Source of the DNA: Treponemataceae bacterium
Lineage (GTDB): Bacteria > Spirochaetota > Spirochaetia > Treponematales > Rectinemataceae
Assembly: GCA_963677895.2 (NCBI GenBank)
Contig: CAXXGJ010000038.1
Location: 160,001-224,000 of the forward strand
Reading direction: 5' to 3'
DNA length: 64,000 nucleotides
Part shown: piece by piece, positions 9,759-19,175 of the stretch
How the letters are laid out: each line of letters starts with the position of its first letter
How positions within the stretch are numbered: the first letter of the stretch is position 1
Position numbers and translations under genes: made by a program
The notes under the pieces: model-generated
Told to the model about the DNA's origin: nothing
The model's database searches: none
What the model saw: the letters and a program-made list of their open reading frames with translations, nothing else

Positions 9759-10838
9759 TTAGTTGTCGGATGCCTGGAGGTTCGCGGGCGCGAGGCCAGC
9801 GGCCTTGGCGGCGGCATAGGTCGGAACGACCTTGATCTGGCCTTTGATGATCTTGTCTTTGGCCGCGTTGACCTGCTTAACGATATCGGCGCCCAGCTCG
9901 GCGTTGCTGGCCGAGAAGCCTACGCCGTCGATCTTGGTGTCGAATATGACGACCTGGCCCTTGAAGGTCTTGTTCTTGACCTGGTTGAGGGCATACTTCG
10001 TCGAGTTCTCGACTCGCTTGATCATCGAGGTGAGCACGGCGGACTTGCCGGTCGCGTAGATGCCGTCCTCGTACTGGTCGGAATCGACGCCGATGGCCCA
10101 GACGTTCTTGCCCTGCGAGCGGTATTCCTTGGCCTGGGCGATGGTGCCGTTTCCGGTGCCGCCGGCGGCCGAGAAGATCGCGTATACGCCGGAGTCATAC
10201 CAGTTCTTGGCCTGGGCCTTGGCGAGTTCGGGCTTGCCCCAGTCGTTCGCGTAATAGTCGACGAGTTCGGCGTTGGGGTATACGGACTTGATGCCCTGCA
10301 CCCAGCCCATCTCGAACTTGGTGATGACCGGTCCGGGGACGCCGCCGATGAATCCGAATTTCGGCGCGGCGATCTTGTCTTTCTTGGCCTTGAGGGCCGC
10401 GGCCACGCCGACGAGGTAGGAGCCTTCATGCTCGGAATAGGTGGCTTCCATGACATTCGGTTTGCCGATCCAATCCACGTCCACGATGAGGTATTTCTGG
10501 TTGGGGTACTTGCCCGCCACTTCGGTGAGCGCGTCGGCGAAGGTGAATCCCGTGACGATGATGAGGTCGTACTTTTCGTCGGATGCCTGCATCAGGTTGG
10601 GGATATACATGTCCTGGGTCTGGGCGGTCAGGACATCGTAGAACTTGCCGCGTTTCGTGGTCTTGTTCCAGCTGTCCCCGTAGAAATCGAGGATGCCGCG
10701 CCATGCCGCCTGATTGAAGGACCTGTCGTCGATGCCGGTCGCGTCGGTGAGAAGACGGCTCGTCGGCTGCGCGGCGACGGAAGCGACAGCGCCGAAAATC
10801 ATGCCCGCGATGAGAAGCATCGCAAAGATTCGTTTCAT
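9759..10838 (-). CDS. BMP/PnrA(TmpC)-family nucleoside-binding protein
   Basis: TDATGIDDRSFNQAAWRG, EHEGSYLVG, AAGGTGNG, IGVDSDQ, LTSMIKRV; ATG 10838 with GGAGG RBS. Confidence 0.93.
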   Translation of the reverse strand: MKRIFAMLLIAGMIFGAVASVAAQPTSRLLTDATGIDDRSFNQAAWRGILDFYGDSWNKTTKRGKFYDVLTAQTQDMYIPNLMQASDEKYDLIIVTGFTFADALTEVAGKYPNQKYLIVDVDWIGKPNVMEATYSEHEGSYLVGVAAALKAKKDKIAAPKFGFIGGVPGPVITKFEMGWVQGIKSVYPNAELVDYYANDWGKPELAKAQAKNWYDSGVYAIFSAAGGTGNGTIAQAKEYRSQGKNVWAIGVDSDQYEDGIYATGKSAVLTSMIKRVENSTKYALNQVKNKTFKGQVVIFDTKIDGVGFSASNAELGADIVKQVNAAKDKIIKGQIKVVPTYAAAKAAGLAPANLQASDN

Positions 10839-10917
10839 ACGTTTTCCTCCATTATGCTTAAGCGGCGCCTTATGGCGCCGCAATCTGCGCACAATATTTG
10901 GCGGGCAATCCCCGCGG

Positions 10918-12552
10918 CTATATCTCGGCTCCAACATGGCCATGATAATACTCGTCGCGAAGCTGCTTCACCTGGGCATCGCCCAGATAATCGTCGAAAC
11001 TCATGTATCGATCGATGATGCCGCCCGGACATATCTCGATGACGCGGTTGGCGATGGACGTCACGAATTCATGGTCGTGGCTCGCGAAAAAGAGGACGCC
11101 GGGGAATTCGATAAGTCCGTCGTTGAGCGATGTTATGGCCTCGAGATCGAGGTGGTTGGTCGGCTCGTCCATGATGAGGAAATTGGCCCCCGAAAGCATC
11201 ATGCGCGAAAGCATGCAGCGCACGCGCTCGCCGCCCGAGAGCACCTTGACGGGCTTGAGCGCGTCGTCGCCCGAGAAAAGCATCCTGCCGAGGAAGGATC
11301 TGATGTAGGTGTCGTCGTCGGAAGAGGTGGCGGATTTGAGCCACTCAACGATGCTCGCGTCGGACGCGAAGAGAGGCGCGGCGTCCTTGGGGAAATAGGC
11401 TTTCTCGACGGTCTGACCCCAGTAGAGATCTCCCGCCGAAAGCTCCAGCTCCCCGCCAAGCGCGGCGAAAAGGGAAGACTTGGCGATATGCTGATGGCCG
11501 ACGAAGGCTATCTTGTCCGTCCGGTTGACGTTGAGGGAGAAGTTTTTAAGGACTTCCGTCCCGTCGGCTTCTATGGATACGCCGACAATCCTGAGGACAT
11601 TGTTGCCTATGTCGCGGTTGGGCTTGAAGCTCACATAGGGGAAACGGCGCGACGAAGGCACGATGTCGGCGAGTTCCAGCTTCTCGAGGATTTTCTTGCG
11701 CGATGTCGCCTGCCTGGATTTGGAGGCGTTGGAGGCAAAGCGCTGGATGAATTCCTTCAGGTCCTTCACCTTGTCCTCGCGGCGACGCTTCAGGTCCTTC
11801 TGCTGCTGGACGAGAATCGCGTTCATCTTATACCAGAAATCGTAGTTGCCCGAATACATCCTGATATGGCCGAAATCTATGTCGCAGACATGGGTGCAGA
11901 CGGAGTTGAGGAAGTGCCTGTCGTGCGATACGACGATTACGATGTTCGGGGATTCGATCAGGAACTCCTCGAGCCAGGTTATGGAATCGAGGTCGAGGCC
12001 GTTGGTCGGCTCGTCGAGCAGCAGTATGTCGGGGTTGCCGAACAATGCCTGCGCCAGAAGCACGCGGACCTTGAAGGTTTCATCCACTTCCTTCATGAGT
12101 TTATCCTGAAGGTTTTCAGGAACGCCCAGTCCGGAGAGGAGAACGGCCGCCTGGGCTTCGGCTTCCCAGCCCCCCATTTCGGCGAACTCGGCCTCCAGTT
12201 CGCTCGCGCGAATGCCGTCCGCCTCGGTGAAGTCCTCTTTGGCGTAGACGATGTCGCGTTCCCTCGCGATGGAGTAAAGCTTCTCGTATCCCATGATCAC
12301 GGTATCGATGACGCGGAACTCATCGAAAGCGAAATGGTCCTGCTTGAGGGTGGCCATGCGCGAACCGGAGGAAATGGCGATTTCGCCTTTGTCGTGCTGA
12401 ATTTCACCTGAAAGAATGCGAAGGAAGGTGGTCTTCCCCGATCCGTTGGCGCCGATAATGCCATAGCAGTTGCCCGCGGTGAATTTTAGATTGACGTCCT
12501 TGAAAAGGTTTCGTTCTCCGAAACCGAGCGCTAGTTCTGTTACTGATATCAC
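10918..12552 (-). CDS. ABC-F family ribosome-associated ATPase (YbiT/YkpA-like)
   Basis: GANGSGKTT, LLLDEPTNGLD, VSHDRHFL, ASNASKSRQATSR linker, LSGGE, DEPTNHLD; no TM segments; GTG 12552. Confidence 0.92.
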   Translation of the reverse strand: MISVTELALGFGERNLFKDVNLKFTAGNCYGIIGANGSGKTTFLRILSGEIQHDKGEIAISSGSRMATLKQDHFAFDEFRVIDTVIMGYEKLYSIARERDIVYAKEDFTEADGIRASELEAEFAEMGGWEAEAQAAVLLSGLGVPENLQDKLMKEVDETFKVRVLLAQALFGNPDILLLDEPTNGLDLDSITWLEEFLIESPNIVIVVSHDRHFLNSVCTHVCDIDFGHIRMYSGNYDFWYKMNAILVQQQKDLKRRREDKVKDLKEFIQRFASNASKSRQATSRKKILEKLELADIVPSSRRFPYVSFKPNRDIGNNVLRIVGVSIEADGTEVLKNFSLNVNRTDKIAFVGHQHIAKSSLFAALGGELELSAGDLYWGQTVEKAYFPKDAAPLFASDASIVEWLKSATSSDDDTYIRSFLGRMLFSGDDALKPVKVLSGGERVRCMLSRMMLSGANFLIMDEPTNHLDLEAITSLNDGLIEFPGVLFFASHDHEFVTSIANRVIEICPGGIIDRYMSFDDYLGDAQVKQLRDEYYHGHVGAEI

Positions 12553-12699
12553 AATAGGAATACTCCCCGCAAACGACATGAATTTCAAGGGGTAGGGAAG
12601 GGAATTGCCCGCATTTTTCGGAACCGGACATTCAAGCGGATCCATCCTCATCATTGACGGAAGCGTTTTCGGAAGCTACAAATACCGAAGGTGGCACCA

Positions 12700-13383
12700 G
12701 TGAAGAAAATTCTCCTGCTTTCCGATATACATGGCCGCGGGGATATGGCAGCCGCCATAATCGCCAGGCATCCGAACCTGGATTACGTGCTCATAGCCGG
12801 CGATATCACCAACTTCGGCGACGTGAAAAGCGCGCAGTCGGTTATAGACGCGCTTTTTTCCGATGGAAAGCGGCGATGCGTATTTCTCGTGGCTGGCAAC
12901 TGCGATCCTTTATCCGTGCGGACGTTTTTAAAGGCTGAAGGCTTTGAAACCGAAGGCTGTGAGCGGGAATTGCCTTTCGCCTCATTGGTGGGCGTCGGGG
13001 GAGGCCTGCGGAGAGCGGGACTCACGAGTTTCGAGCGTACGGAAAGCGAGCTGAATGAAGCGCTGACCGCCCAGTTGTCGCCGCTCCATTCTGAAAACCG
13101 AAAAAAGCCGGTGATCGTTCTCACCCATACGCCGCCCTATGGCACGAACGCCGATAGACATGGGGAAATGCATGTGGGAAGCAAGGAATTCGCGAAAGCG
13201 ATGGTGGAATTTGGTCCCGATGTATGGATCTGCGGTCATATACACGAGTCCCGCTGCGTTTCGCTCGAGGATGGGACGCTCGTCATCAATCCCGGTCCCT
13301 GCAGCTGCGGCAGTCATGCAATACTGGAACTAAGCGAAAGCCCTGACGAAAAAAGACTCGTCAGGGCTTCCCTGTTCAGATAG
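12700..13383 (+). CDS. Metallophosphoesterase (calcineurin-like)
   Basis: SDIHG, AGDIT, GNCD, THTPP, CGHIHE; TTGACG-N17-TACAAA upstream. Confidence 0.88.
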   Translation: MKKILLLSDIHGRGDMAAAIIARHPNLDYVLIAGDITNFGDVKSAQSVIDALFSDGKRRCVFLVAGNCDPLSVRTFLKAEGFETEGCERELPFASLVGVGGGLRRAGLTSFERTESELNEALTAQLSPLHSENRKKPVIVLTHTPPYGTNADRHGEMHVGSKEFAKAMVEFGPDVWICGHIHESRCVSLEDGTLVINPGPCSCGSHAILELSESPDEKRLVRASLFR

Positions 13384-13434
13384 CATCGAAAAACAAGGCG
13401 ATTTTATCCGCTTGCTCTCCCGTGTTTCGGCGAA

Positions 13435-14415
13435 TCAGCGCCCCGTGGGGCTATACAGATACTTGAAGTAATCCATGTCGGTGGAAAGCGTCTTCTTCAA
13501 GCCTGGTACGGTGGCCTTGTAGGATTCCATAGCCTTCCAGAACTCAAAGAATGAAGGATCCCTGCCATAGGATTCGGCGAATATTTTCGTGGCCGTGGCG
13601 TCGGCCTTGCCCTTGAGGGTTTCAGATTTCTCGTATGCCGAGGAAAGTATGGAACGTTTCTCGTTTTCCAGCTTTCCAAGCCATTCCGCCTTCTTGCCTT
13701 CTCCATAAGAGCGGAAAGCCTGGGCTATCTGGCTTCTTTCCTTGATCATCCGCTGGTAGACGCTGTCGGTCAATTCCTCCGAATACTTGATTTGTCTGGG
13801 CACAATATCCAGGACCTCGATACCATACTCGGGGGCGATGGACGCGACGATCTTTATCATCTCGTCCGACAGCACTTCGCGGCCTTTTTCTATCTTTTCG
13901 AACTGAGTTTCCGATATGGTGAGTTCTTCCAGCGACGTGGATCCCACGGATTCCCCGGTCTGGAAAGTCTCCAGGTTGCTGGAATTCATGAGTTCGTCGG
14001 TGCTCCGCACGGCCTCCCTGAGATAATTGGACGAGATGACGGTGCGGACCGCGGAGTCGATGACATCATCCAGGCGGCCATAGGCATTCTCCAGACTGCT
14101 CACCGACTCGTAAAACTTCACCGGATCGACGATCCTCCAGCGGGCCGTGGTGTCCACCCATATGAACTGGTTTTCCTTGGTCGGTATGCGCTGTTTCTCG
14201 CCATCCCATGAGAGGAGTTTCTTCGGAAACTTTATGACGTTATCGACGAAAGGGCTTTTGAATTTCAGTCCCGCGTCGCTGTGAGTCTTGATGATCTTGC
14301 CAAAGCGGACGACCACTGCCTGTTCGCCTTCATTGAGGACGAAAAATGGCCCGATTATTATGACGCCAACTATGATGACAGCCAGCGCCGCCGCGAATAT
14401 CATTGTCTTTTTCAT
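13435..14415 (-). CDS. hflC: FtsH protease modulator HflC
   Basis: N-terminal TM plus SPFH domain, RMIKER, FFEF; follows hflK. Confidence 0.92.
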   Translation of the reverse strand: MKKTMIFAAALAVIIVGVIIIGPFFVLNEGEQAVVVRFGKIIKTHSDAGLKFKSPFVDNVIKFPKKLLSWDGEKQRIPTKENQFIWVDTTARWRIVDPVKFYESVSSLENAYGRLDDVIDSAVRTVISSNYLREAVRSTDELMNSSNLETFQTGESVGSTSLEELTISETQFEKIEKGREVLSDEMIKIVASIAPEYGIEVLDIVPRQIKYSEELTDSVYQRMIKERSQIAQAFRSYGEGKKAEWLGKLENEKRSILSSAYEKSETLKGKADATATKIFAESYGRDPSFFEFWKAMESYKATVPGLKKTLSTDMDYFKYLYSPTGR

Positions 14416-15392
14416 TTGGCTGCCTCCTTGGGCGCCTCGAGGATCTTGAGCGGAACGAGATTCTTGAAAGATTTGTCGATCAGCTCCACCTCCGCGCTGC
14501 CCGAGAAGACTTCGTTCATCATCTCGTAATACAGGCGCTTTCTTGTCACGTCGGGAGATTTGCGGTACTCATCCAGAACCGAGATGAAGCGCGCCACGTC
14601 GCCCTTTGCCATGTTCACGCGTTCGGTCGAGTAGCCTTGGGCGATTTCGAGAATCTGATCGGCCTGGCCTTTGGCTTTCGGGATTTCCGCGTTATAGGCT
14701 TCCTTGCCCTCGTTGATGAGGCGATTCATGTCCTGAATGGACTTGTTGACATCCTCGAAGGCATCCTGCACGCCGCTCGGCGGCACGATATTCTGTAGCT
14801 GGACCTGCGTGATCTCTATCCCGAGCGCGTATTTCTTGAAAATACCGTTCATCATCTGCACGGCGTTGTCCTGGATGCTCTGCCGGTCAGGTCCAATGAC
14901 GCCCAGTATGAGGCGGTCGCCGACAAGGCGGTTGATGACCGATTGGGATATGTCCCTGATGGTCTTTTGTTTGTCCGACACGTTGAAGAGCCATGCTTGC
15001 GGATCCGTAATCCTATATTGGATGATCCATTCCACATCGACGATATTGAGGTCGCCCGTCAGCATGGTCGATTCGTTAGGAAATTTCTCGTCGGAATACT
15101 GCGTGTTGACGCCGCTCTTTATGGTCCTGAAACCGAAGGTTTCGGTTTGCACGACCTTCGTTTTCACGACATAAGCTTTCTGTATTCCGAAAGGAAGCTT
15201 GTAATGAAGCCCCGCTCCCAGCGTCTTGGAATATTTGCCAAATGTCGTTATCACGGCGTTCTCCGTCTGATCGACGACGATGAAACTCGTCGACAGGAAT
15301 AGGATCACAGCGACCGCTATGGCGGCGATGACGATGATAGGACCGTTAAGCTTGATTTTGGGCATTTTGGGCTTGAATACCGGATCGGGCAT
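14412..15392 (-). CDS. hflK: FtsH protease modulator HflK
   Basis: MLTGDLNIVDV, VQDAFEDV, PKAKGQA, PDVTRKRLYYE. Confidence 0.93.
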   Translation of the reverse strand: MPDPVFKPKMPKIKLNGPIIVIAAIAVAVILFLSTSFIVVDQTENAVITTFGKYSKTLGAGLHYKLPFGIQKAYVVKTKVVQTETFGFRTIKSGVNTQYSDEKFPNESTMLTGDLNIVDVEWIIQYRITDPQAWLFNVSDKQKTIRDISQSVINRLVGDRLILGVIGPDRQSIQDNAVQMMNGIFKKYALGIEITQVQLQNIVPPSGVQDAFEDVNKSIQDMNRLINEGKEAYNAEIPKAKGQADQILEIAQGYSTERVNMAKGDVARFISVLDEYRKSPDVTRKRLYYEMMNEVFSGSAEVELIDKSFKNLVPLKILEAPKEAAK

Positions 15393-15404
15393 GTCTGTCC
15401 CCTC

Positions 15405-16415
15405 CTAGAATCTGAATTGCCTCAACGAAGAACATACTTCTTTTTCATTCATAGAAAAACAGGATTCAATTTTTTTTACGAAATAAATGGGGAGCGGAGC
15501 GGAAAGCGACAGAGGGACATCGGGGAAAGGCTTGTTCTCGAAACGCAGCTCCCAGGCATGGAGATAATAAGGTTGTTCGCTTCGCTTTCCTCCATATTTG
15601 GAATCCCCGAGAAGGGGGTAACCATGGAAGGCCGCCTGTACCCTGATTTGATGCGTGCGCCCCGTGCCGAGTCTGAGGGCGGCGAGGGTAAGCCCGTTTT
15701 TGTATCCGAGCGGAAAGACTTCGGTGATGGCTTCCCGTGGCTCTCCCTCCGCCGAGGGCTTGGCTGCGGAGGGCTGGATGAAGGCGCCATCGGGCTCAGA
15801 TTCGCCGCGTATGAAGCTTTTCCGCAGCGCGAAATCCCTTTCAATGTTTTCCTTCCACGTTGAGCGGGATTTTAGCTCGCCTTCCAGGAGCGCTATATAG
15901 ATCTTATGGATGGCGCCTTTCCTGAGTTCCTCACCGAAGACCCTGGCGCCCGCGATGCTTCGCGAGAAAGCGATGATACCCGAAGTGTTCCTGTCGAGGC
16001 GATGAAGGGGGCCGGGCGTGAAGGCGAGGGAGGTTTCCAGTTTCCCAGCCAGGTAGGCTCTGACCAGTGCGTCGAGGCTGTCGGGGCCGTCGTGAACGAG
16101 GACGCCCATCGATTTATTCAGAAAAAGAAGATCGGCGGTTTCCAGCAGAATGGGAAGGTTTTTAGGGAGCCGCTCGATACCGCCGATTTCAGGACTCCCG
16201 CCGGGAACTTGGATGACATGGCTGAATTCGATGATGTCGCCCTCGCGGCAGCGGTATTCGGGCGGCTGGCGCGCGCCGCCGACGCGGATGTCGCCTTTTC
16301 TCAGCGCTTTATGGATTGCGGAGATAGGCATATCCTTAAGGACTATCCTTAAGATTTTATCGAGCCTCCTGCCGATATCGTTGCGTCCGACGGGCATTTT
16401 GAATACGGAAACCAT
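15405..16415 (-). CDS. RluA/RluC-family pseudouridine synthase with S4 domain
   Basis: RRLDK S4 domain, HRLDRNTSG, GRTHQIRV, LGDSKYG, LHAW. Confidence 0.92.
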   Translation of the reverse strand: MVSVFKMPVGRNDIGRRLDKILRIVLKDMPISAIHKALRKGDIRVGGARQPPEYRCREGDIIEFSHVIQVPGGSPEIGGIERLPKNLPILLETADLLFLNKSMGVLVHDGPDSLDALVRAYLAGKLETSLAFTPGPLHRLDRNTSGIIAFSRSIAGARVFGEELRKGAIHKIYIALLEGELKSRSTWKENIERDFALRKSFIRGESEPDGAFIQPSAAKPSAEGEPREAITEVFPLGYKNGLTLAALRLGTGRTHQIRVQAAFHGYPLLGDSKYGGKRSEQPYYLHAWELRFENKPFPDVPLSLSAPLPIYFVKKIESCFSMNEKEVCSSLRQFRF

Positions 16416-16421
16416 GAGCTC

Positions 16422-16450
16422 ATACTATAGATCGGCTCCGGGCGGGTCAA
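16422..16450 (-). promoter_or_regulatory. Putative sigma70 promoter, probably giving a leaderless mRNA
   Basis: TTGACC-N17-TAGTAT, then 6 nt to ATG 16415; no SD. Confidence 0.55.
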
Positions 16451-16517
16451 TGAAGTTCGGGACAAAAGACCGTCGAGGCTTGACATTGAGCTTTCAGAAC
16501 GTGAAACTTCGGAAGCG

Positions 16518-16991
16518 ATGAGAAACAACGCCGTTGACCTTCAGACACTCTTTTCAAACCCAATCTTCCTCTCCGCTCTGTTCAGCCTTCTCATCGCCCA
16601 GTTCATAAAAGCTGTCATATCGCTCGTAAAAGCGCGCAGGGAAGCCCTTCGCGAAGCCATGCTCATTTTTTTCTGGAGAACGGGCGGCATGCCGTCCAGC
16701 CATTCAGCCGTGGCAATTTCCATCAGTGCGGCGGTAGCCCTCACCCAAGGATTCTCCGATCTCTTTATAGTGTCGCTATTTCTTTCGCTCATCGTTATTC
16801 GCGACGCGCTCGGCGTACGCCGGTCGGCCGGCCTGCAGTCCAAAGTTCTGAACAGACTCGGCAACGACCTGTCTCTGCGCCTGGGCATCAAGTACGATTC
16901 AGTCAAGGAAGTCCATGGCCATACATGGCCTGAGGTTTTGGTCGGTTCGGTTCTCGGATTCTGCATCGCTTTTGCTTTTTGCAGACTGTAA
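16518..16991 (+). CDS. Divergent PAP2 family membrane protein (DUF212)
   Basis: TGGMPSSHSA, DALGVRRSAG, GHTWPEV; TTGACA upstream at 16480. Confidence 0.9.
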   Translation: MRNNAVDLQTLFSNPIFLSALFSLLIAQFIKAVISLVKARREALREAMLIFFWRTGGMPSSHSAVAISISAAVALTQGFSDLFIVSLFLSLIVIRDALGVRRSAGLQSKVLNRLGNDLSLRLGIKYDSVKEVHGHTWPEVLVGSVLGFCIAFAFCRL

Positions 16992-17086
16992 TTAATTCTT
17001 ATCCGATGGTGACGCGCTGTCATACAAAAAATGAAATAACGAGTTATGTATGACAACGCCCCGAAAGCGGCGATTCATGCTAATTG

Positions 17087-17111
17087 AGGCATTCTTCGAG
17101 AATGCCCTTTT
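17087..17111 (+). terminator. Putative intrinsic terminator
   Basis: GGCATTCT-tcg-AGAATGCC followed by CTTTT. Confidence 0.55.
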
Positions 17112-17166
17112 CCTGGGCGTTCTATGTAGTATAGAATCGATTGATCACGCGTAAGGTATAGGGTAC

Positions 17167-19113
17167 ATGCAAGGCACGAAAGTCATTCTTGGGACATACA
17201 ACACCATGCCGGACGGCACTTCGGGGAAAGTCTTCGAACTTACCTATCAGCGTTCGTGGCGCCCATTCCTTTCGAGCCTCTATAAATTCCAGAATATTTC
17301 AGCCGTTCTCTATTATTCGGGAGTCGTCCTGCAATGGATTGAGGAAAACCATCCCGAATTCATACTCCTCCTGGAAGAGATGGCCGACCGGAAGCAGATT
17401 GAACTCTTGGGCGGAGGATATTTCAGCCCTCTTTTCCCCATCCTCCAGCCCTCCGATAAGGTCGGCCAGATAGAAATGCTGACTACCTATCTGCGGAAGA
17501 CCTTCGGCAAACGTCCTTCAGGCGGTTGGCTGTACGAGTACTCTTGGGATGCCGGGCTTCCGATCATATTCCGCAATTCGGGCTTGAACTATTCCTTTTT
17601 GCCCGCTAAAATTCTTTCCGAAGCGGGTTTCATAGAATCGGGGCAGTTTACGCCCCTCGTCACCGAGGATCAAAGAAAGCTGCTCTATATTTTCCCCGTA
17701 TTCGATCTCGAAGAAACCTTCGGCACGCCCCTGCCTTTCGAATCGGCGCTCGAGCGTCTCATGCTGGAATACCCCGAAGGCCGCCTCTATACGATGATGG
17801 TCGACGGTCAATCAGTGCCGGGGATGTGGGAAGCCTCAGGGCTAGAGTCCCCCGATGTCATGTTCGAAAAGTCCTTTGCCTGGTTCCAGAAAAACTGCCT
17901 TTTCGTCGAAACGGTCTCAGCCCAGGCCTATGCGCGAACCCTGAAAAACGCCAGACTCTTCTATCTTTCATCCTGCGCCTCCAAGCGGCTGGGCGTGGGA
18001 TTCGAGGACGAAATCGCGGAATCCCGCAGGCTCCGCGCGCCCTACCTGGCCAAACAGCTCATCCTGCAGAATCCCTCGAGCAAGCACCTCTACGACAAGA
18101 TGTACCATGTCCATTCGCTCATGACGCTGCTGCGGGGCGACAAGGCCAGGAAGAAAAGCGCCCAGGAAGATCTATGGAAGGCGCAGAACGGCGACGCGTA
18201 CTGGGAAGGCGGCGTGGGGGGGATAAGAAGACCGGAAGTGAGGATCAATGCCTACCGATCTCTTATCGAGGCGGAAAAAGCCACGAGGATACACGGAAGT
18301 TTCAGCCCGGGGATAATACTGGACGACATCGACTGCGACGGAGACAGGGAGACGCTTTACCAGGCCGCCGACATGAATTGCTATATACACGAAAAAGGCG
18401 CGTCCGTATTCGAAATCGATTCGTTCAGGAATAAGCAGAATTACTGCTGCGTCTATAACGATGACCCCCTGCGATCCTTGAGCAGTTTTGTGGACAGGAT
18501 TTTCGGCATCGGCTCCTATGACGACGAACTTATAAACCTTGGCCTGCAGACCTACTCGACGCTCGAAAGAGAGAAAAGTCCCTGCAAGGTGGTTTTCAGC
18601 AAGGAGTTCGCGCTCAAGTCGGGATCCTCCCTCCATCCCCTGGCCATAAAGAAAGCTTATTTTTTCCAGAAATCCTGCATCAGCGTCGATATCGAGCTGG
18701 TCAATCGCTCCCAGCACCAAATTCCCCTGCGATATGCACTGGAAGTAAATCTTCAGCCCGCTGCGAGCTGGGAGGACATGGAAATTTTCTCTTCGGTGGG
18801 AAGAGAGAAAGAACAAATCCCCCCGCTCGTAAAAACCCCTTCCTTTACCGCGGAAGCCATAACCTTCCAGATGCTCCAGGGAAAAGAGGCGGTCGAAATA
18901 AGATCGGACAAGCCTTTCCAGATGCGCATGGAGCATGTGATGGACAGACTCGAGACGCCTCAGATCATCAGGCTGCACGATGGACACCTGAACTCCGAAA
19001 CCTCCCCCGGAAAGGGCGAGGCCTTCTATCAGGGAACACACATGCTTTTCGGCTGGGACACGGAGATGACCGCCGATTCCAGCGCTACCTTTTCCCTTTC
19101 GCTTCATTTTTAA
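17167..19113 (+). CDS. GH57 4-alpha-glucanotransferase/alpha-amylase-like protein (DUF1925/DUF1926 architecture), divergent
   Basis: QIELLGGG, GWLYEYSW, AQNGDAYWEG, DIDCDGDRE and C-terminal beta domain typical of this family. Confidence 0.75.
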   Translation: MQGTKVILGTYNTMPDGTSGKVFELTYQRSWRPFLSSLYKFQNISAVLYYSGVVLQWIEENHPEFILLLEEMADRKQIELLGGGYFSPLFPILQPSDKVGQIEMLTTYLRKTFGKRPSGGWLYEYSWDAGLPIIFRNSGLNYSFLPAKILSEAGFIESGQFTPLVTEDQRKLLYIFPVFDLEETFGTPLPFESALERLMLEYPEGRLYTMMVDGQSVPGMWEASGLESPDVMFEKSFAWFQKNCLFVETVSAQAYARTLKNARLFYLSSCASKRLGVGFEDEIAESRRLRAPYLAKQLILQNPSSKHLYDKMYHVHSLMTLLRGDKARKKSAQEDLWKAQNGDAYWEGGVGGIRRPEVRINAYRSLIEAEKATRIHGSFSPGIILDDIDCDGDRETLYQAADMNCYIHEKGASVFEIDSFRNKQNYCCVYNDDPLRSLSSFVDRIFGIGSYDDELINLGLQTYSTLEREKSPCKVVFSKEFALKSGSSLHPLAIKKAYFFQKSCISVDIELVNRSQHQIPLRYALEVNLQPAASWEDMEIFSSVGREKEQIPPLVKTPSFTAEAITFQMLQGKEAVEIRSDKPFQMRMEHVMDRLETPQIIRLHDGHLNSETSPGKGEAFYQGTHMLFGWDTEMTADSSATFSLSLHF

Positions 19114-19175
19114 AACCATACGACCATACTCTTTGCCAGCTTGCCCATTCGGAAGGTTTTCTCCTACAATAGGCT

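Noticed and set aside
9681..12411. Long antisense ORFs (445 aa and 565 aa; similar ones at 3500-4654, 8127-9287, 35383-36165, 62946-63974)
   Set aside because: They mirror well-supported genes on the other strand, carry no motifs, and are expected from GC-rich codon usage.
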